From the IMG/VR virus record IMGVR_UViG_3300042402_002564, positions 182,503 through 246,502 of that record: a stretch of 64,000 nt of DNA. One strand, 5' to 3'. The notes under the pieces were generated by a model. It did no database searches. It was not told where the DNA came from and saw only the letters and a program-made list of their open reading frames with translations. Position 1 is the stretch's first letter. Every line of letters begins with the position of its first letter. The position numbers and the translations under genes were made by a program. Positions 29,435 through 39,641 of the stretch are shown one piece after another.

Positions 29435-32062
29435 ATGTTAAGACATATCGTAACTGACCTTCATGGGGTCTATTTAAGAGAGTTTGAAGCACAACTTGGT
29501 AAAACTCCAACTAAACCACAATTAGCTAAAAAAGCTCCTCAGAAAGAAGGTGGAGATAAGTCTGATGCTGGTGGAAGTCCAGATGAAAAAATTAAAAAGC
29601 AAGCAAGACAACTTGCATACGACACTAGATATAAGTCAAGAAGAGAAGGTATACCTTTAGAGAGAGCATGGTCTCAAGTTCTTCAAAATTCTTCTGCATC
29701 TGCTCCAGTTAAAGAACTTGCCAAAGGTATGGTATTTGGTGGTTCAGTAAAAGAAGATGTTGATGGTAATATTAATGAAGCAGATGATAATAAGAAAGAA
29801 ATGGTTTTAGTTACTCCTGTAAAAGGATATGGTAAACCATATAGAAGATATGCAACTTTAAAGAAAAAATATGAATTGAGAAGAAACCCACAAATTCAAT
29901 CTGTTGTTGGTACTTCTTATGGAACTCCTTATGAGGGAGAAAAGAAAAAAGGAGAACAAACTGCTGCGGCACTTCAGCATAAGACTCCCGAAAAGAAGGC
30001 TAAAAAAGATTATGATGGTGATGGAAAAGTAGAAAGTGGTGCAAAAGAATATCGCGGTGCAGTTCATAACGCTATTCAACGCAAAAAAGGTGGAAAACCA
30101 GATGGTAAAGATACATCTAATGTAAAAGAGTCATTCTCAAATTGGAGAGAAGATCTTATTGAAGTTGCTGATATTTTAGATAATCAAAAAGACCAAAAGA
30201 AAATTTCTGAGAAAAAAGTAAATAATAAAATTAAAATTAATCCAGATATAAAAGAAACGGTATCTCTATTTGGTGGAGAACTTATTGACGTTCAAGAAAT
30301 TACCGAAGATTATTTGAACGAATCTATTGATATTGCATCTGAATATTTCTATCAGTGTGGATTAAATGAATATGGATTAGATATGGTTATTGAAGAACTT
30401 GGATTAGAAAAGTTCACTGATTTTGTTTTTTATATTTCTGAAGATTATGAATTGACCGAGGCAAGAAGAAGTGGACGTATTGAACCAGTAACAAAGGGTG
30501 GTAAATCTGTTGGTTCTCTCAAAGGTGGAGCAAAAACTGCAGCTATTAATCGTCTTCGTAAAGAGAAGCAAGCAGCGAGATCTGGTGAAGGATCTAATTC
30601 CAAATCCTTAGGAATGACTGCTGCTCTTAGAAGTCAATCATCTGTGGCTAAAAAAATTGCAACTGATAAAGGTAAAAAGGCAGTAGAAAAAGCAAAAGAA
30701 GCACAAGGTTCTAAAAAACCACTTAAAGATAGAATTGCAAAAGGTGTTCTTGGTGCTGTTAAGGCATATCAGCAAGGCATGGAGCGTCATAAAGCTGCAA
30801 CTGCAACTGCTGGTAAGGCATTAAAAGTTGCTGCTAAAGGTGCATCTGAATTTGGTAAAGGTGTTGCTTCTGGAGTTAAGGCAACTGGCACTGCTGCTAA
30901 AAAAGTAAAGAAAGCAGTAGTTGGTGAGGCGGTTTATGGTGGAACAAAACCAGAACCAAAAGATACCAGAATGACTGTCACTGCTTCTGATAAAAAGGCA
31001 AATACCAAAGCATGGCAAAATTATAAGGCGGGGCATCCTTCGTATAAAGCAGCACCACATCTTGATGAAGAAGAAAGTGATAGAATGAGAGATCGTCAGC
31101 TAGAGCGTGGTGGAATGGGTGCTCGTTCTTCAACATCTCCAGAAAGAAGATCTAGTGCGAAACCACAAACTGATGCTGAAAGAAAGGCATCTATGGAAAA
31201 ATACAAAAAAACTAGTAAAGATGCTTTAGATCTTGTAAGAAAATCTATGGGTAAAGGTTTAATGCAGCAATATGAACCAGAAGGTAATATTATAGGTGAA
31301 GCAAAGAAGATGAAAGGCGAAGATCCTTGCTGGAAAGGGTATCAAATGGTGGGGACTAAAAAGAAGCGTGGTAAAGAAGTTCCAAACTGTGTTCCTAAAG
31401 AAGAAGTATCTTTAGATGAAAAAATAACATCTAAAACTTCAAAAGAAAAAATCATAAGTGATTTTGTAAAATCTAATGATCCAAAGTTTTCTGGAGATAC
31501 TAAAAAAGAAAGAATCAATAGGGCATTGGGTGCATGGTATGCAATGCATCGTAATAAAAGTAAAGTAACTGAAGCGATTTCTACAGTAACTGGTCAGCAA
31601 GGCAGTGAAGTTGCTAATAAGCAAAAAGATACTGAAAGAAAACAAATGCTTGCTGCACAACAAAAATTAATGCAGAAAAAGCAAATGCTTCAGAGACAGC
31701 AATTCCAGCAACAAAAACAAGGTAAATTACCCTTAAATTATGGAGAGGATATTGAATTGAATGATGAAGTAATTGATGAAAAAACAAGATACGCTAAAGA
31801 AACTGGTGTTAATTATAGAAAGCAAAAACCACAACCCGAAGGTGGTAGTGCAAAAAGTGATAAAGCATTCCAAAGCGTATCTAAGATGATGCGTAATATG
31901 TCTGGTGGTAGACCTGCTGGACAAAGACCAAAGGTAAAAGGTAAAAAACCACCTGAAGCTGGTAAATATGGATCTGAGAGGGAATCACCCGCACAAACAG
32001 TAGCAAAGCGTCGTGCTGCTGCTCAAAGAGCACAAGATATGATGCATTCTAGATTTGATTAA
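29435..32062 (+). CDS. Large K/A/E-rich putative virion (internal head) protein
   Basis: 875 aa, modular low-complexity blocks separated by [LIV]xE sites; DPCWKGY..VPNCV and DYDGDG motifs. Confidence 0.65.
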   Translation: MLRHIVTDLHGVYLREFEAQLGKTPTKPQLAKKAPQKEGGDKSDAGGSPDEKIKKQARQLAYDTRYKSRREGIPLERAWSQVLQNSSASAPVKELAKGMVFGGSVKEDVDGNINEADDNKKEMVLVTPVKGYGKPYRRYATLKKKYELRRNPQIQSVVGTSYGTPYEGEKKKGEQTAAALQHKTPEKKAKKDYDGDGKVESGAKEYRGAVHNAIQRKKGGKPDGKDTSNVKESFSNWREDLIEVADILDNQKDQKKISEKKVNNKIKINPDIKETVSLFGGELIDVQEITEDYLNESIDIASEYFYQCGLNEYGLDMVIEELGLEKFTDFVFYISEDYELTEARRSGRIEPVTKGGKSVGSLKGGAKTAAINRLRKEKQAARSGEGSNSKSLGMTAALRSQSSVAKKIATDKGKKAVEKAKEAQGSKKPLKDRIAKGVLGAVKAYQQGMERHKAATATAGKALKVAAKGASEFGKGVASGVKATGTAAKKVKKAVVGEAVYGGTKPEPKDTRMTVTASDKKANTKAWQNYKAGHPSYKAAPHLDEEESDRMRDRQLERGGMGARSSTSPERRSSAKPQTDAERKASMEKYKKTSKDALDLVRKSMGKGLMQQYEPEGNIIGEAKKMKGEDPCWKGYQMVGTKKKRGKEVPNCVPKEEVSLDEKITSKTSKEKIISDFVKSNDPKFSGDTKKERINRALGAWYAMHRNKSKVTEAISTVTGQQGSEVANKQKDTERKQMLAAQQKLMQKKQMLQRQQFQQQKQGKLPLNYGEDIELNDEVIDEKTRYAKETGVNYRKQKPQPEGGSAKSDKAFQSVSKMMRNMSGGRPAGQRPKVKGKKPPEAGKYGSERESPAQTVAKRRAAAQRAQDMMHSRFD

Positions 32063-32064
32063 AA

Positions 32065-32685
32065 ATGAGTGCAACTTTTGATCCTCTTAAAGAGTTTTTA
32101 AAATTTGTTCTTGATAGTGAAGAACTCATGGAAAAAGCCGCATCTGTTAAAGATGAGGAGTTTCAAGATTATTTAAATGGAGTTCCTGGATTTAAGAAGT
32201 TTTACTTATATAATGATGGAGAATTCCAAATTCAAATATTTCAGTGCCCACCAAATTTTATTGTTCCAGAGCATACCCATCCAAATGTAGATAGTTATGA
32301 AGTTTATATGGGTGGATCTATGTGCTTTAGTCATGGTGGAAATTGGGTATTAGGTGAGTATGAAAAAATAAAATATTTCAAACATAGAGATTATTATTGC
32401 ATACGTGTTCGTCCAGAAGATCCACACGGTGGTGTTATAGGACCAAAGGGTGGACGTTTTATGTCCGTTCAAAGATGGATAAATGGCACAAAACCTAGTT
32501 GTGTGGGTTCAGACTATACTGGATTTACAGTATCCGCTGAGCATGTGGGAGATGTTACTTTTGGAAAAGCTGCATTTAAAGAACAAATTTCTTATAAAGA
32601 TGCAGCTACATTAGAAGAACTTAAACCAGTGTTTAAACTTGATGAAAATGGTGAGGTTTGTGATGTATCATTACCAAAGAGTTGA
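32065..32685 (+). CDS. Cupin-fold protein
   Basis: PEHTHPNVDSYE ... PHGG cupin metal motifs. Confidence 0.65.
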   Translation: MSATFDPLKEFLKFVLDSEELMEKAASVKDEEFQDYLNGVPGFKKFYLYNDGEFQIQIFQCPPNFIVPEHTHPNVDSYEVYMGGSMCFSHGGNWVLGEYEKIKYFKHRDYYCIRVRPEDPHGGVIGPKGGRFMSVQRWINGTKPSCVGSDYTGFTVSAEHVGDVTFGKAAFKEQISYKDAATLEELKPVFKLDENGEVCDVSLPKS

Positions 32686-32737
32686 ATATAAAAACTCATA
32701 ACTCTAAATATTTACAGATCCACTTTAGGAGATTACC

Positions 32738-32908
32738 ATGGGAGCAATTGTAGAAGTCTTAAGACCAGTACTTTTTGCATTTTTGGGTTCTTGCCACACT
32801 AAAAAATTAGTATGTGATCTTTTGGATCGTTATGTTCAAACAACCGATAATGATATTGACAATCTTATTTCTAACACAGTAAGAACTGCATTAATGAAAG
32901 GTTGCTGA
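32738..32908 (+). CDS. Small hypothetical protein (56 aa, MGAIVEVLRP...TDNDIDN)
   Basis: SD aggag; below ORF-track cutoff; followed by terminator. Confidence 0.6.
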   Translation: MGAIVEVLRPVLFAFLGSCHTKKLVCDLLDRYVQTTDNDIDNLISNTVRTALMKGC

Positions 32909-32930
32909 TTTAAAAGTACAAATTTTACAG

Positions 32931-32960
32931 AGAGACCTTTAATTGGGGTCTCTCTTTTTT
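32931..32960 (+). terminator. Rho-independent terminator abutting late promoter TATAAATA (32960-32967)
   Basis: agagacc...ggtctct plus T tract. Confidence 0.75.
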
Positions 32961-33002
32961 ATAAATACTTTTTAGGAAAATAAATTTTACGGAAGAAAAA
33001 AC

Positions 33003-33773
33003 ATGGCACTCTGGGGAAATAATGATGCTAAGTTTTCAGGAGGCACAGTATCTCTTAATTACAATACCCTCGTCGTAACTGGTGCTGGCACTTCTTTTGG
33101 TGCAGTTGGTGCTGCTGCTACTGGAGACGTAATTAGATTTGGTAGCAGAGATAATTCTACTTATGTTGGAGATGCTGTAATTGTAAGTATTGCAAGTACA
33201 ACTCAATTATCTATTGCATCTACTGCTGGACTAAGTGGTGCTGCTATCTCTGGATTAGGATTCGATATTAGTGAACTTCCTAAGTACACTGTCCTTGATA
33301 GTAATTATTCACAATTCAATGTTCAGAATAATACTGCAGAAACAACAATTGCGGTTAGAACAAGCGTTGCTGCTACTGCTGCTGTAGGTGTAGCAACTGT
33401 TGCGATTGCATCCACTTCTGGAATTATTGCTGGTGACACATTCGTGAGTGGTAGTGTTTCTAAAGTAATTGTTTCTATTGCTTCTACAACAGTATCTTTT
33501 GGTTCAACCATTGCTGCTTCTCTTGCTGCTGGTGCTAGTGTAAATATTACAAGATCTAGTGGTACTTATCGTAAGAGTGTTTACGGTGTTGCTACTGGTG
33601 GACGTAATGCTGCATTAACCACTAAGTATGAATTAACTCATGAAGGATGGGTTGGAGTTACTACTTATGTAGATAGCACTGGAGAATTGAGAGTTAAGAA
33701 AGAAACTCTTGTTGCAATGTCTGGTATTACTACAGGTAACACACCAATCTATGACGGTAACCCATTAGCTTGA
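33003..33773 (+). CDS. Virion structural protein (S/T/A/G-rich)
   Basis: MALWGN start, HEGWV and RVKKETLVAMS C-terminal motif; late promoter upstream. Confidence 0.7.
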   Translation: MALWGNNDAKFSGGTVSLNYNTLVVTGAGTSFGAVGAAATGDVIRFGSRDNSTYVGDAVIVSIASTTQLSIASTAGLSGAAISGLGFDISELPKYTVLDSNYSQFNVQNNTAETTIAVRTSVAATAAVGVATVAIASTSGIIAGDTFVSGSVSKVIVSIASTTVSFGSTIAASLAAGASVNITRSSGTYRKSVYGVATGGRNAALTTKYELTHEGWVGVTTYVDSTGELRVKKETLVAMSGITTGNTPIYDGNPLA

Positions 33774-33781
33774 TATAACTT

Positions 33782-34171
33782 ATGCTTTTTGATGAACTGA
33801 ATGAAAATAATTTTTTATTATTTGCTATTAAGCATTATGAAAATCCTCATGCGGTAACCAAAGAGGATTTTGATAAAGATTTGAATCATTTCAAATACAT
33901 AAAAAGATTGCTTAAAAGATATAAAAATACGGGACAATTAAAGTCCCATCTTTTAATTAATCACTTTATAATTTTGTATAATATATTTGGTGATGCCACT
34001 ACACCAATGTTATTTTATAAAATTGAAAAAGAATTGTGGTCAGTAATGAAAACATTTATTCTGTTTTTAAACAGATTGCCAGAGTATCCAAAATGTTATA
34101 TACATGACATACCAGTTGATATAACTTGTTTAGGAGAACTTCAAAAAATTTACCGAAATGAAAAGTGTTGA
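33782..34171 (+). CDS. Conserved T4-like hypothetical protein
   Basis: FAIKHYENP...KYIKRLL...LINH.IILYN.FG. Confidence 0.75.
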   Translation: MLFDELNENNFLLFAIKHYENPHAVTKEDFDKDLNHFKYIKRLLKRYKNTGQLKSHLLINHFIILYNIFGDATTPMLFYKIEKELWSVMKTFILFLNRLPEYPKCYIHDIPVDITCLGELQKIYRNEKC

Positions 34172-34370
34172 TAAAGTAATTCAAATACTTAGAGAAATGA
34201 TGGTTGCTAACGCACCAGGATCTGGTAGCGGATTTAGTACTAAATCTCCCGAAGAAGGTCCAGTTGCAGGTAAAGATACTTTAATTGGAACTGGAGTCAA
34301 AAAAAGATACATTTATGGCGGGAGAAAATCTCGTAAAAATTGGATTGATCATTTTAATAAAAAATCATAG
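34158..34370 (+). CDS. Small hypothetical protein
   Basis: Operon position; GPVAG.D motif. Confidence 0.55.
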   Translation: MKSVDKVIQILREMMVANAPGSGSGFSTKSPEEGPVAGKDTLIGTGVKKRYIYGGRKSRKNWIDHFNKKS

Positions 34371-34380
34371 AGATTTTAAA

Positions 34381-34842
34381 ATGTTTAACCAAATAGGAGC
34401 ACCTAAAATGTCAGACACAAAATTGGCAGTTTTAGAAGAAAAGTTAAACATTTATGAAGAACTTTCTAGAGAGATGCTCTCTAAGTTAGAATCTGCAGTA
34501 AATAAAATTTCAGAGTCTAATCAAAGAATCGCAAATATTCTCGCTAAACATGATGAAAGAATTGATCAGTCTATTAAAACTGACCAAGTGATTATAAAAA
34601 TGATCGAAGATGTTAAAGCATCAAATACTGTTGAACATCAATCGGTTATTAAAAGAATAGAAACAGTAGAAGAAACTGTCAGAGGATTATCTCAAACTAA
34701 ATGGATGTTGGTTGGAATGGGTATATTATCTGGTGTAGTCGCAACGATAATATCAACTATTTTATCTGGATGGATGAGTGCCCAGGATTATAGTCCAAGA
34801 ATTCAAGAAAATATTATTCTCGAACAACCACAAAATAAATAA
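34381..34842 (+). CDS. Coiled-coil protein with C-terminal transmembrane helix
   Basis: Heptad pattern then WMLVGMGILSGVVATII. Confidence 0.65.
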   Translation: MFNQIGAPKMSDTKLAVLEEKLNIYEELSREMLSKLESAVNKISESNQRIANILAKHDERIDQSIKTDQVIIKMIEDVKASNTVEHQSVIKRIETVEETVRGLSQTKWMLVGMGILSGVVATIISTILSGWMSAQDYSPRIQENIILEQPQNK

Positions 34843-35035
34843 TTTGGAATTATGGCATACTATGCCACATGAAAAAAAATAAGTATAGAAAATTGAAGAG
34901 TTTATATTTTATTCAAAGAATTACAAACTCTGTCATTAAATGGACTTCCTTAATATCCTCTCAGATTAAGGAGACCAGATCTATTGACAAGTCATTTAAT
35001 CAGTGATACCATTGAGCATCGGATAAAATATTAGT

Positions 35036-36025
35036 ATGGACTTTATTGATGTAAAGTATGTGAACTTATTGTCTCCTAGATTGGATAAATTTAAGTTTGT
35101 AAAAACCAATCTTTACAATTTTAGATGTCCTATTTGTGGGGACTCTCAGAAGAATAAAAATAAAACAAGAGGATACTTATATTCTGTAAAGAATAATACT
35201 AACTTCAAGTGCCATAATTGTGGTATTAGTATATCATTTAACAATTTTTTAAAAAAAGTAGATCCTAATCTTCATAAACAATATACCTTAGAAAAATTTA
35301 AAGAAGGTTTTACTGGTAAAAATTTTGTAGTTGCTGAAGAACCAGAATTTAATTTTGCACCACCATCATTTAATCAGACTAAAAAGTTAAAACTAAATAT
35401 ACCAAAAGCTTCTTCAAATTCTTCTGCAAAAATTTATTTGGAAAGAAGAAAAATAAATCCAGAAAAATTTTATTACGTAGATAAATTTAAAGAATGGACT
35501 AATTCGATGGTTCAAACGTTTGACCAAAAAAGTTTGGACTATGATGAACCTAGAATTATAATTCCTTTAATTTATCAAAATAAACTTGTTGGATTTCAAG
35601 GAAGAGCATTAGGTTTAAATAAGATTAAATACATTACTATAATGATTGATGATGACGCACCAAAAATCTATGGTCTCGATGAAGTACAAAACGATAAAAC
35701 TGTGTACATCACAGAAGGTCCATTCGACTCAACTTTCATTCGCAACGCAATTGCTCTTTGTGGAGCTGACGGTGATGTTAGTAAGTGGGGTATTAGCAAT
35801 CGCGTGTGGATTTATGATAACGAACCACGTAACACAGACATTGTTAATAGAATCGAAAAATGCATCGATAATGGAGAAAAGGTAGTTATTTGGCCAAATA
35901 CCATACGTGAGAAAGATATAAACGATATGGTTTTATCTGGACATAACGTTGAAAAGATGATAAACTTAAATACTTATTGTGGATTAGAAGCAAAACTTAA
36001 ATTTACAACCTGGAAAAAAATATGA
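35036..36025 (+). CDS. gp61: DNA primase gp61
   Basis: Zn finger CPICGDS...CHNC, TOPRIM TEGPFDS, DNEPRN, KDINDM. Confidence 0.96.
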   Translation: MDFIDVKYVNLLSPRLDKFKFVKTNLYNFRCPICGDSQKNKNKTRGYLYSVKNNTNFKCHNCGISISFNNFLKKVDPNLHKQYTLEKFKEGFTGKNFVVAEEPEFNFAPPSFNQTKKLKLNIPKASSNSSAKIYLERRKINPEKFYYVDKFKEWTNSMVQTFDQKSLDYDEPRIIIPLIYQNKLVGFQGRALGLNKIKYITIMIDDDAPKIYGLDEVQNDKTVYITEGPFDSTFIRNAIALCGADGDVSKWGISNRVWIYDNEPRNTDIVNRIEKCIDNGEKVVIWPNTIREKDINDMVLSGHNVEKMINLNTYCGLEAKLKFTTWKKI

Positions 36026-38325
36026 GTAACGGATTAAAGGTTAAAAAGAGAAGTGGATTGATTGAAAGCATTGATTTGGATAAAATGCATGTTATGGTTG
36101 AAGAGGCATGTAGGGATCTTGCTGGAGTATCTGCATCTCAAGTTGAAATGCAATCAGGTATTCAATTTTATGATGGAATAACGACTTCTGAAATTCAAGA
36201 AATTCTAATTCGAAGTGCTAGTGATTTAATAGATTTAGATCATCCGAATTATCAATTTGTTGCTGCTCGTTTATTACTTTTCGGAGTTAGGAAGCAACTT
36301 TATGGTAAAATGAAGGAACTTCCTCATCTTAAAGAGCATATTACCAATTGTGTAAAATTGAGTGTCTATGATGATGAAATCTTTGTCAAATATTCTGAAG
36401 AAGAACTTGATAAAGCAAATGCATATATTGATCATAATCGTGACTATCTGTTCACTTATGCGGGTCTACGTCAAGTCGTTGATAAGTACCTCGTGCAAGA
36501 TAGAAGCAGTGGTGGTGTATATGAAACACCACAGTTTATGTACATGATGATTGCTCTGACTATCTTTGCAGAGTATCCAAAAGAAACACGTCTTTCCTAT
36601 GTAAAGAGGTATTATGACGCAATCTCAAAGCACAAAATCAACATCCCCACACCAATCATGGCAGGGGTCAGAACACCACTTCGTCAATTTGCATCTTGTG
36701 TTCTCGTTGATGTTGATGACACCCTCGATAGTATCTTTAGCAGCGATATGGCTATTGGCAGGTATGTTGCACAAAGGGCTGGTATCGGCATCAACGCAGG
36801 TCGAATCCGTGGTATCAACTCTAAAATCAGAGGTGGAGAGGTACAACATACAGGCGTTGTCCCCTTCCTTAAAAAGTTTGAGTCAACTGTCCGATGCTGT
36901 ACACAAAACGGTATCCGAGGTGGTTCTGCTACAGTTCACTTTCCTATCTGGCACCAAGAAATAGAAGATATTCTCGTCTTAAAAAATAATAAAGGAACTG
37001 AAGATAATCGTGTTCGTAAGTTAGACTACTCTATCCAAATCAGCAAACTGTTCTATGAACGATTCATTCGCAACGAAGAAATCACCCTCTTCTCTCCGCA
37101 TGATGTTCCTGGTTTGTATGATGCTTTTGGCACTGATCGATTTGACGAGTTATATGTGGATTATGAACGAGATACATCTATTCCAAGAAAAACTATTGGT
37201 GCTCAAGAACTTATTCTGGACCTCCTGAAAGAGAGAGCAGAGACTGGTCGTATTTACATCATGAATATCGATCATTGTAACTCACATAGCTCTTTTCTTG
37301 ATAAAGTAAGCATGTCTAATCTTTGTCAAGAAATTACATTACCAACAGACCCTATTCAACATATTGATGGTTCTGGTGAAATTGCCCTGTGTATTCTTTC
37401 TGCAATCAACGTTGGAAAAGTAAAGTCTGATGAGGAACTTGAAGAACTTTGTGAACTTTCAGTACGTGGTTTGGATGAATTGATTGACTATCAGAAATAC
37501 CCTGTAATGGCGGCAGAAATCGCCACTAAGGCACGTAGATCACTTGGTATTGGTTATATTGGTCTTGCACACTATTTGGCAAAACTTGGATTTAAATATG
37601 AATCTCAAGATGCTTGGAATGCTGTTCATGGACTTTCTGAGTCCTTCCAGTATTATCTACTAAAAGCATCAAATCAACTTGCTAAAGAAAAGGGTTCTTG
37701 TGGGTATTTTGATAGAACAAAATATTCTCAAGGAATTCTACCAATTGATACATACAAAAAAGACGTAGACGAAATTTCATCAATTCCATACCAACATGAT
37801 TGGGAAGAACTTAGAGCATCAATCTTGGCTTACGGTCTCAGGCACTCAACACTGTCCGCACAGATGCCATCGGAGAGCAGTTCCGTTGTGTCAAACGCAA
37901 CCAATGGAATTGAACCACCTCGTGGATACTTGTCCATTAAGAAGTCAAAGAAGGGACCACTTAAGCAAATTGTTCCTCAGTACCAAACTCTCAAGAATAA
38001 TTATACGCTTCTTTGGGATATGCCTAGTAACACTGGCTATATTAACATTGTTGCTGTGATGCAAAAATTCTTTGACCAAGCAATTTCGGGCAACTGGTCT
38101 TATAATCCAGAAAATTATCCAGATAATGAAGTTCCAGTCTCTGTAATGGCGAACGATTTTCTAACTACATATAAGTACGGGTGGAAAACTTCATATTATC
38201 AAAACACTTATGATATTAAAACTGATGAAGTTGATGATAATACAACAAGTTCAAAATTGAATAATTTATTGGAAGAGATCTTAAACAGTAAAGATGAAGA
38301 AGATTGTGAGAGTTGTAAGATTTAG
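36022..38325 (+). CDS. nrdA: Ribonucleotide reductase class Ia alpha subunit
   Basis: ATP cone, PTP, SCVL, SNLCQEI, C-terminal CESC. Confidence 0.97.
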   Translation: MSNGLKVKKRSGLIESIDLDKMHVMVEEACRDLAGVSASQVEMQSGIQFYDGITTSEIQEILIRSASDLIDLDHPNYQFVAARLLLFGVRKQLYGKMKELPHLKEHITNCVKLSVYDDEIFVKYSEEELDKANAYIDHNRDYLFTYAGLRQVVDKYLVQDRSSGGVYETPQFMYMMIALTIFAEYPKETRLSYVKRYYDAISKHKINIPTPIMAGVRTPLRQFASCVLVDVDDTLDSIFSSDMAIGRYVAQRAGIGINAGRIRGINSKIRGGEVQHTGVVPFLKKFESTVRCCTQNGIRGGSATVHFPIWHQEIEDILVLKNNKGTEDNRVRKLDYSIQISKLFYERFIRNEEITLFSPHDVPGLYDAFGTDRFDELYVDYERDTSIPRKTIGAQELILDLLKERAETGRIYIMNIDHCNSHSSFLDKVSMSNLCQEITLPTDPIQHIDGSGEIALCILSAINVGKVKSDEELEELCELSVRGLDELIDYQKYPVMAAEIATKARRSLGIGYIGLAHYLAKLGFKYESQDAWNAVHGLSESFQYYLLKASNQLAKEKGSCGYFDRTKYSQGILPIDTYKKDVDEISSIPYQHDWEELRASILAYGLRHSTLSAQMPSESSSVVSNATNGIEPPRGYLSIKKSKKGPLKQIVPQYQTLKNNYTLLWDMPSNTGYINIVAVMQKFFDQAISGNWSYNPENYPDNEVPVSVMANDFLTTYKYGWKTSYYQNTYDIKTDEVDDNTTSSKLNNLLEEILNSKDEEDCESCKI

Positions 38326-38400
38326 TTTTCATAACAATTCTAAATCTTAAATATTAGTGGTGATGGTTGGATTACATTATTAGCAAAACGGAGAAAACAC

Positions 38401-39579
38401 ATGCAATTTAAATTCCTGGAAACCGAAAATCAATCGAAGATCAAGGGACTGACAGTTTTTAATACTGATCAAGTTAATACTAAAAAACAACCTATGTTTT
38501 TTGGCAAACCACTAGGAATTCAAAGATACGATACATACAAATACCCAATTTTTGATAAACTAACCACACAACAATTAGGTTATTTTTGGAGACCTGAAGA
38601 AGTTTCTCTTCAGAAGGACCGTGGAGATTATCAAACACTTCGCCCAGAACAAAAGCATATCTATACTTCTAACTTGAAGTATCAAATTATGTTAGATTCT
38701 GTTCAAGGACGTGGACCAGGAATGGCATTTATTCCTTATTGTTCTCTTCCAGAATTGGAAGCGTGTATGGAAGTGTGGGGATTTATGGAAATGATCCATA
38801 GTCGCTCATACACCTATATTATTAAAAATGTTTATTCCGATCCATCTGAAGTATTTGATGCAATTATAACAGATGACCGTATTTTAGAACGTGCTGCAAG
38901 TGTAACTGAATCTTATGATGATTTTATTCAATCTGCACAGTTTTATGCTTCATCTGAAACATGGAAACATCATCTTGAAGGAGTACATTACGCAAAAGAG
39001 ACCGTCAATGATGTCAAACGAAAACTTTACAGAGCAATCGCAAACGTTAATATTCTTGAAGGTATTCGGTTCTACGTTAGTTTTGCTTGTTCTTTCGCCT
39101 TTGGTGAACTTAAGCTTATGGAAGGATCAGCTAAAATCATCTCTCTTATCGCAAGAGACGAAAACCAACATTTAGCTATTACTCAGAATATTCTAAACAA
39201 ATGGCGTGATGGTGATGATCCAGAAATGGCAAAAATTGCAAAAGAAGAAGAAGAGTGGGTTTATAAAATGTTTGACCGTGCAGTAAATGAAGAAAAACGT
39301 TGGGCAGATTATCTGTTCAAAGACGGAAGTATGATTGGTTTGAATGATAAACTTCTTCAGCAGTATGTCGAATGGATTGCAAATCGCAGAATGAAGGCAA
39401 TTGGATTAAAACCAATTTATGATATTTCAGCAAACAATAATCCACTTCCTTGGACTCAACATTGGATTTCTTCTAAAGGACTTCAAGTTGCTCCCCAAGA
39501 AACTGAAGTTGAATCTTATGTGGTTGGTGGAATTAAGCAGGATCTTAAAAAAGATACTTTTAGTGGATTTAAACTTTGA
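38401..39579 (+). CDS. nrdB: Ribonucleotide reductase class Ia beta subunit
   Basis: FWRPEE, EMIHSRSY, LEGIRFY, RDENQH, APQETE. Confidence 0.97.
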   Translation: MQFKFLETENQSKIKGLTVFNTDQVNTKKQPMFFGKPLGIQRYDTYKYPIFDKLTTQQLGYFWRPEEVSLQKDRGDYQTLRPEQKHIYTSNLKYQIMLDSVQGRGPGMAFIPYCSLPELEACMEVWGFMEMIHSRSYTYIIKNVYSDPSEVFDAIITDDRILERAASVTESYDDFIQSAQFYASSETWKHHLEGVHYAKETVNDVKRKLYRAIANVNILEGIRFYVSFACSFAFGELKLMEGSAKIISLIARDENQHLAITQNILNKWRDGDDPEMAKIAKEEEEWVYKMFDRAVNEEKRWADYLFKDGSMIGLNDKLLQQYVEWIANRRMKAIGLKPIYDISANNNPLPWTQHWISSKGLQVAPQETEVESYVVGGIKQDLKKDTFSGFKL

Positions 39580-39641
39580 ATATTTGGGGAGGGTTAACCT
39601 CCCCTTTTTTTATAAATATAATTAAACACAAAAATAGAAAA

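Noticed and set aside
10608-39579. Introns or inteins in gp43, gp41, nrdA, nrdB (and psbA)
   Set aside because: ORFs are continuous and of ordinary length
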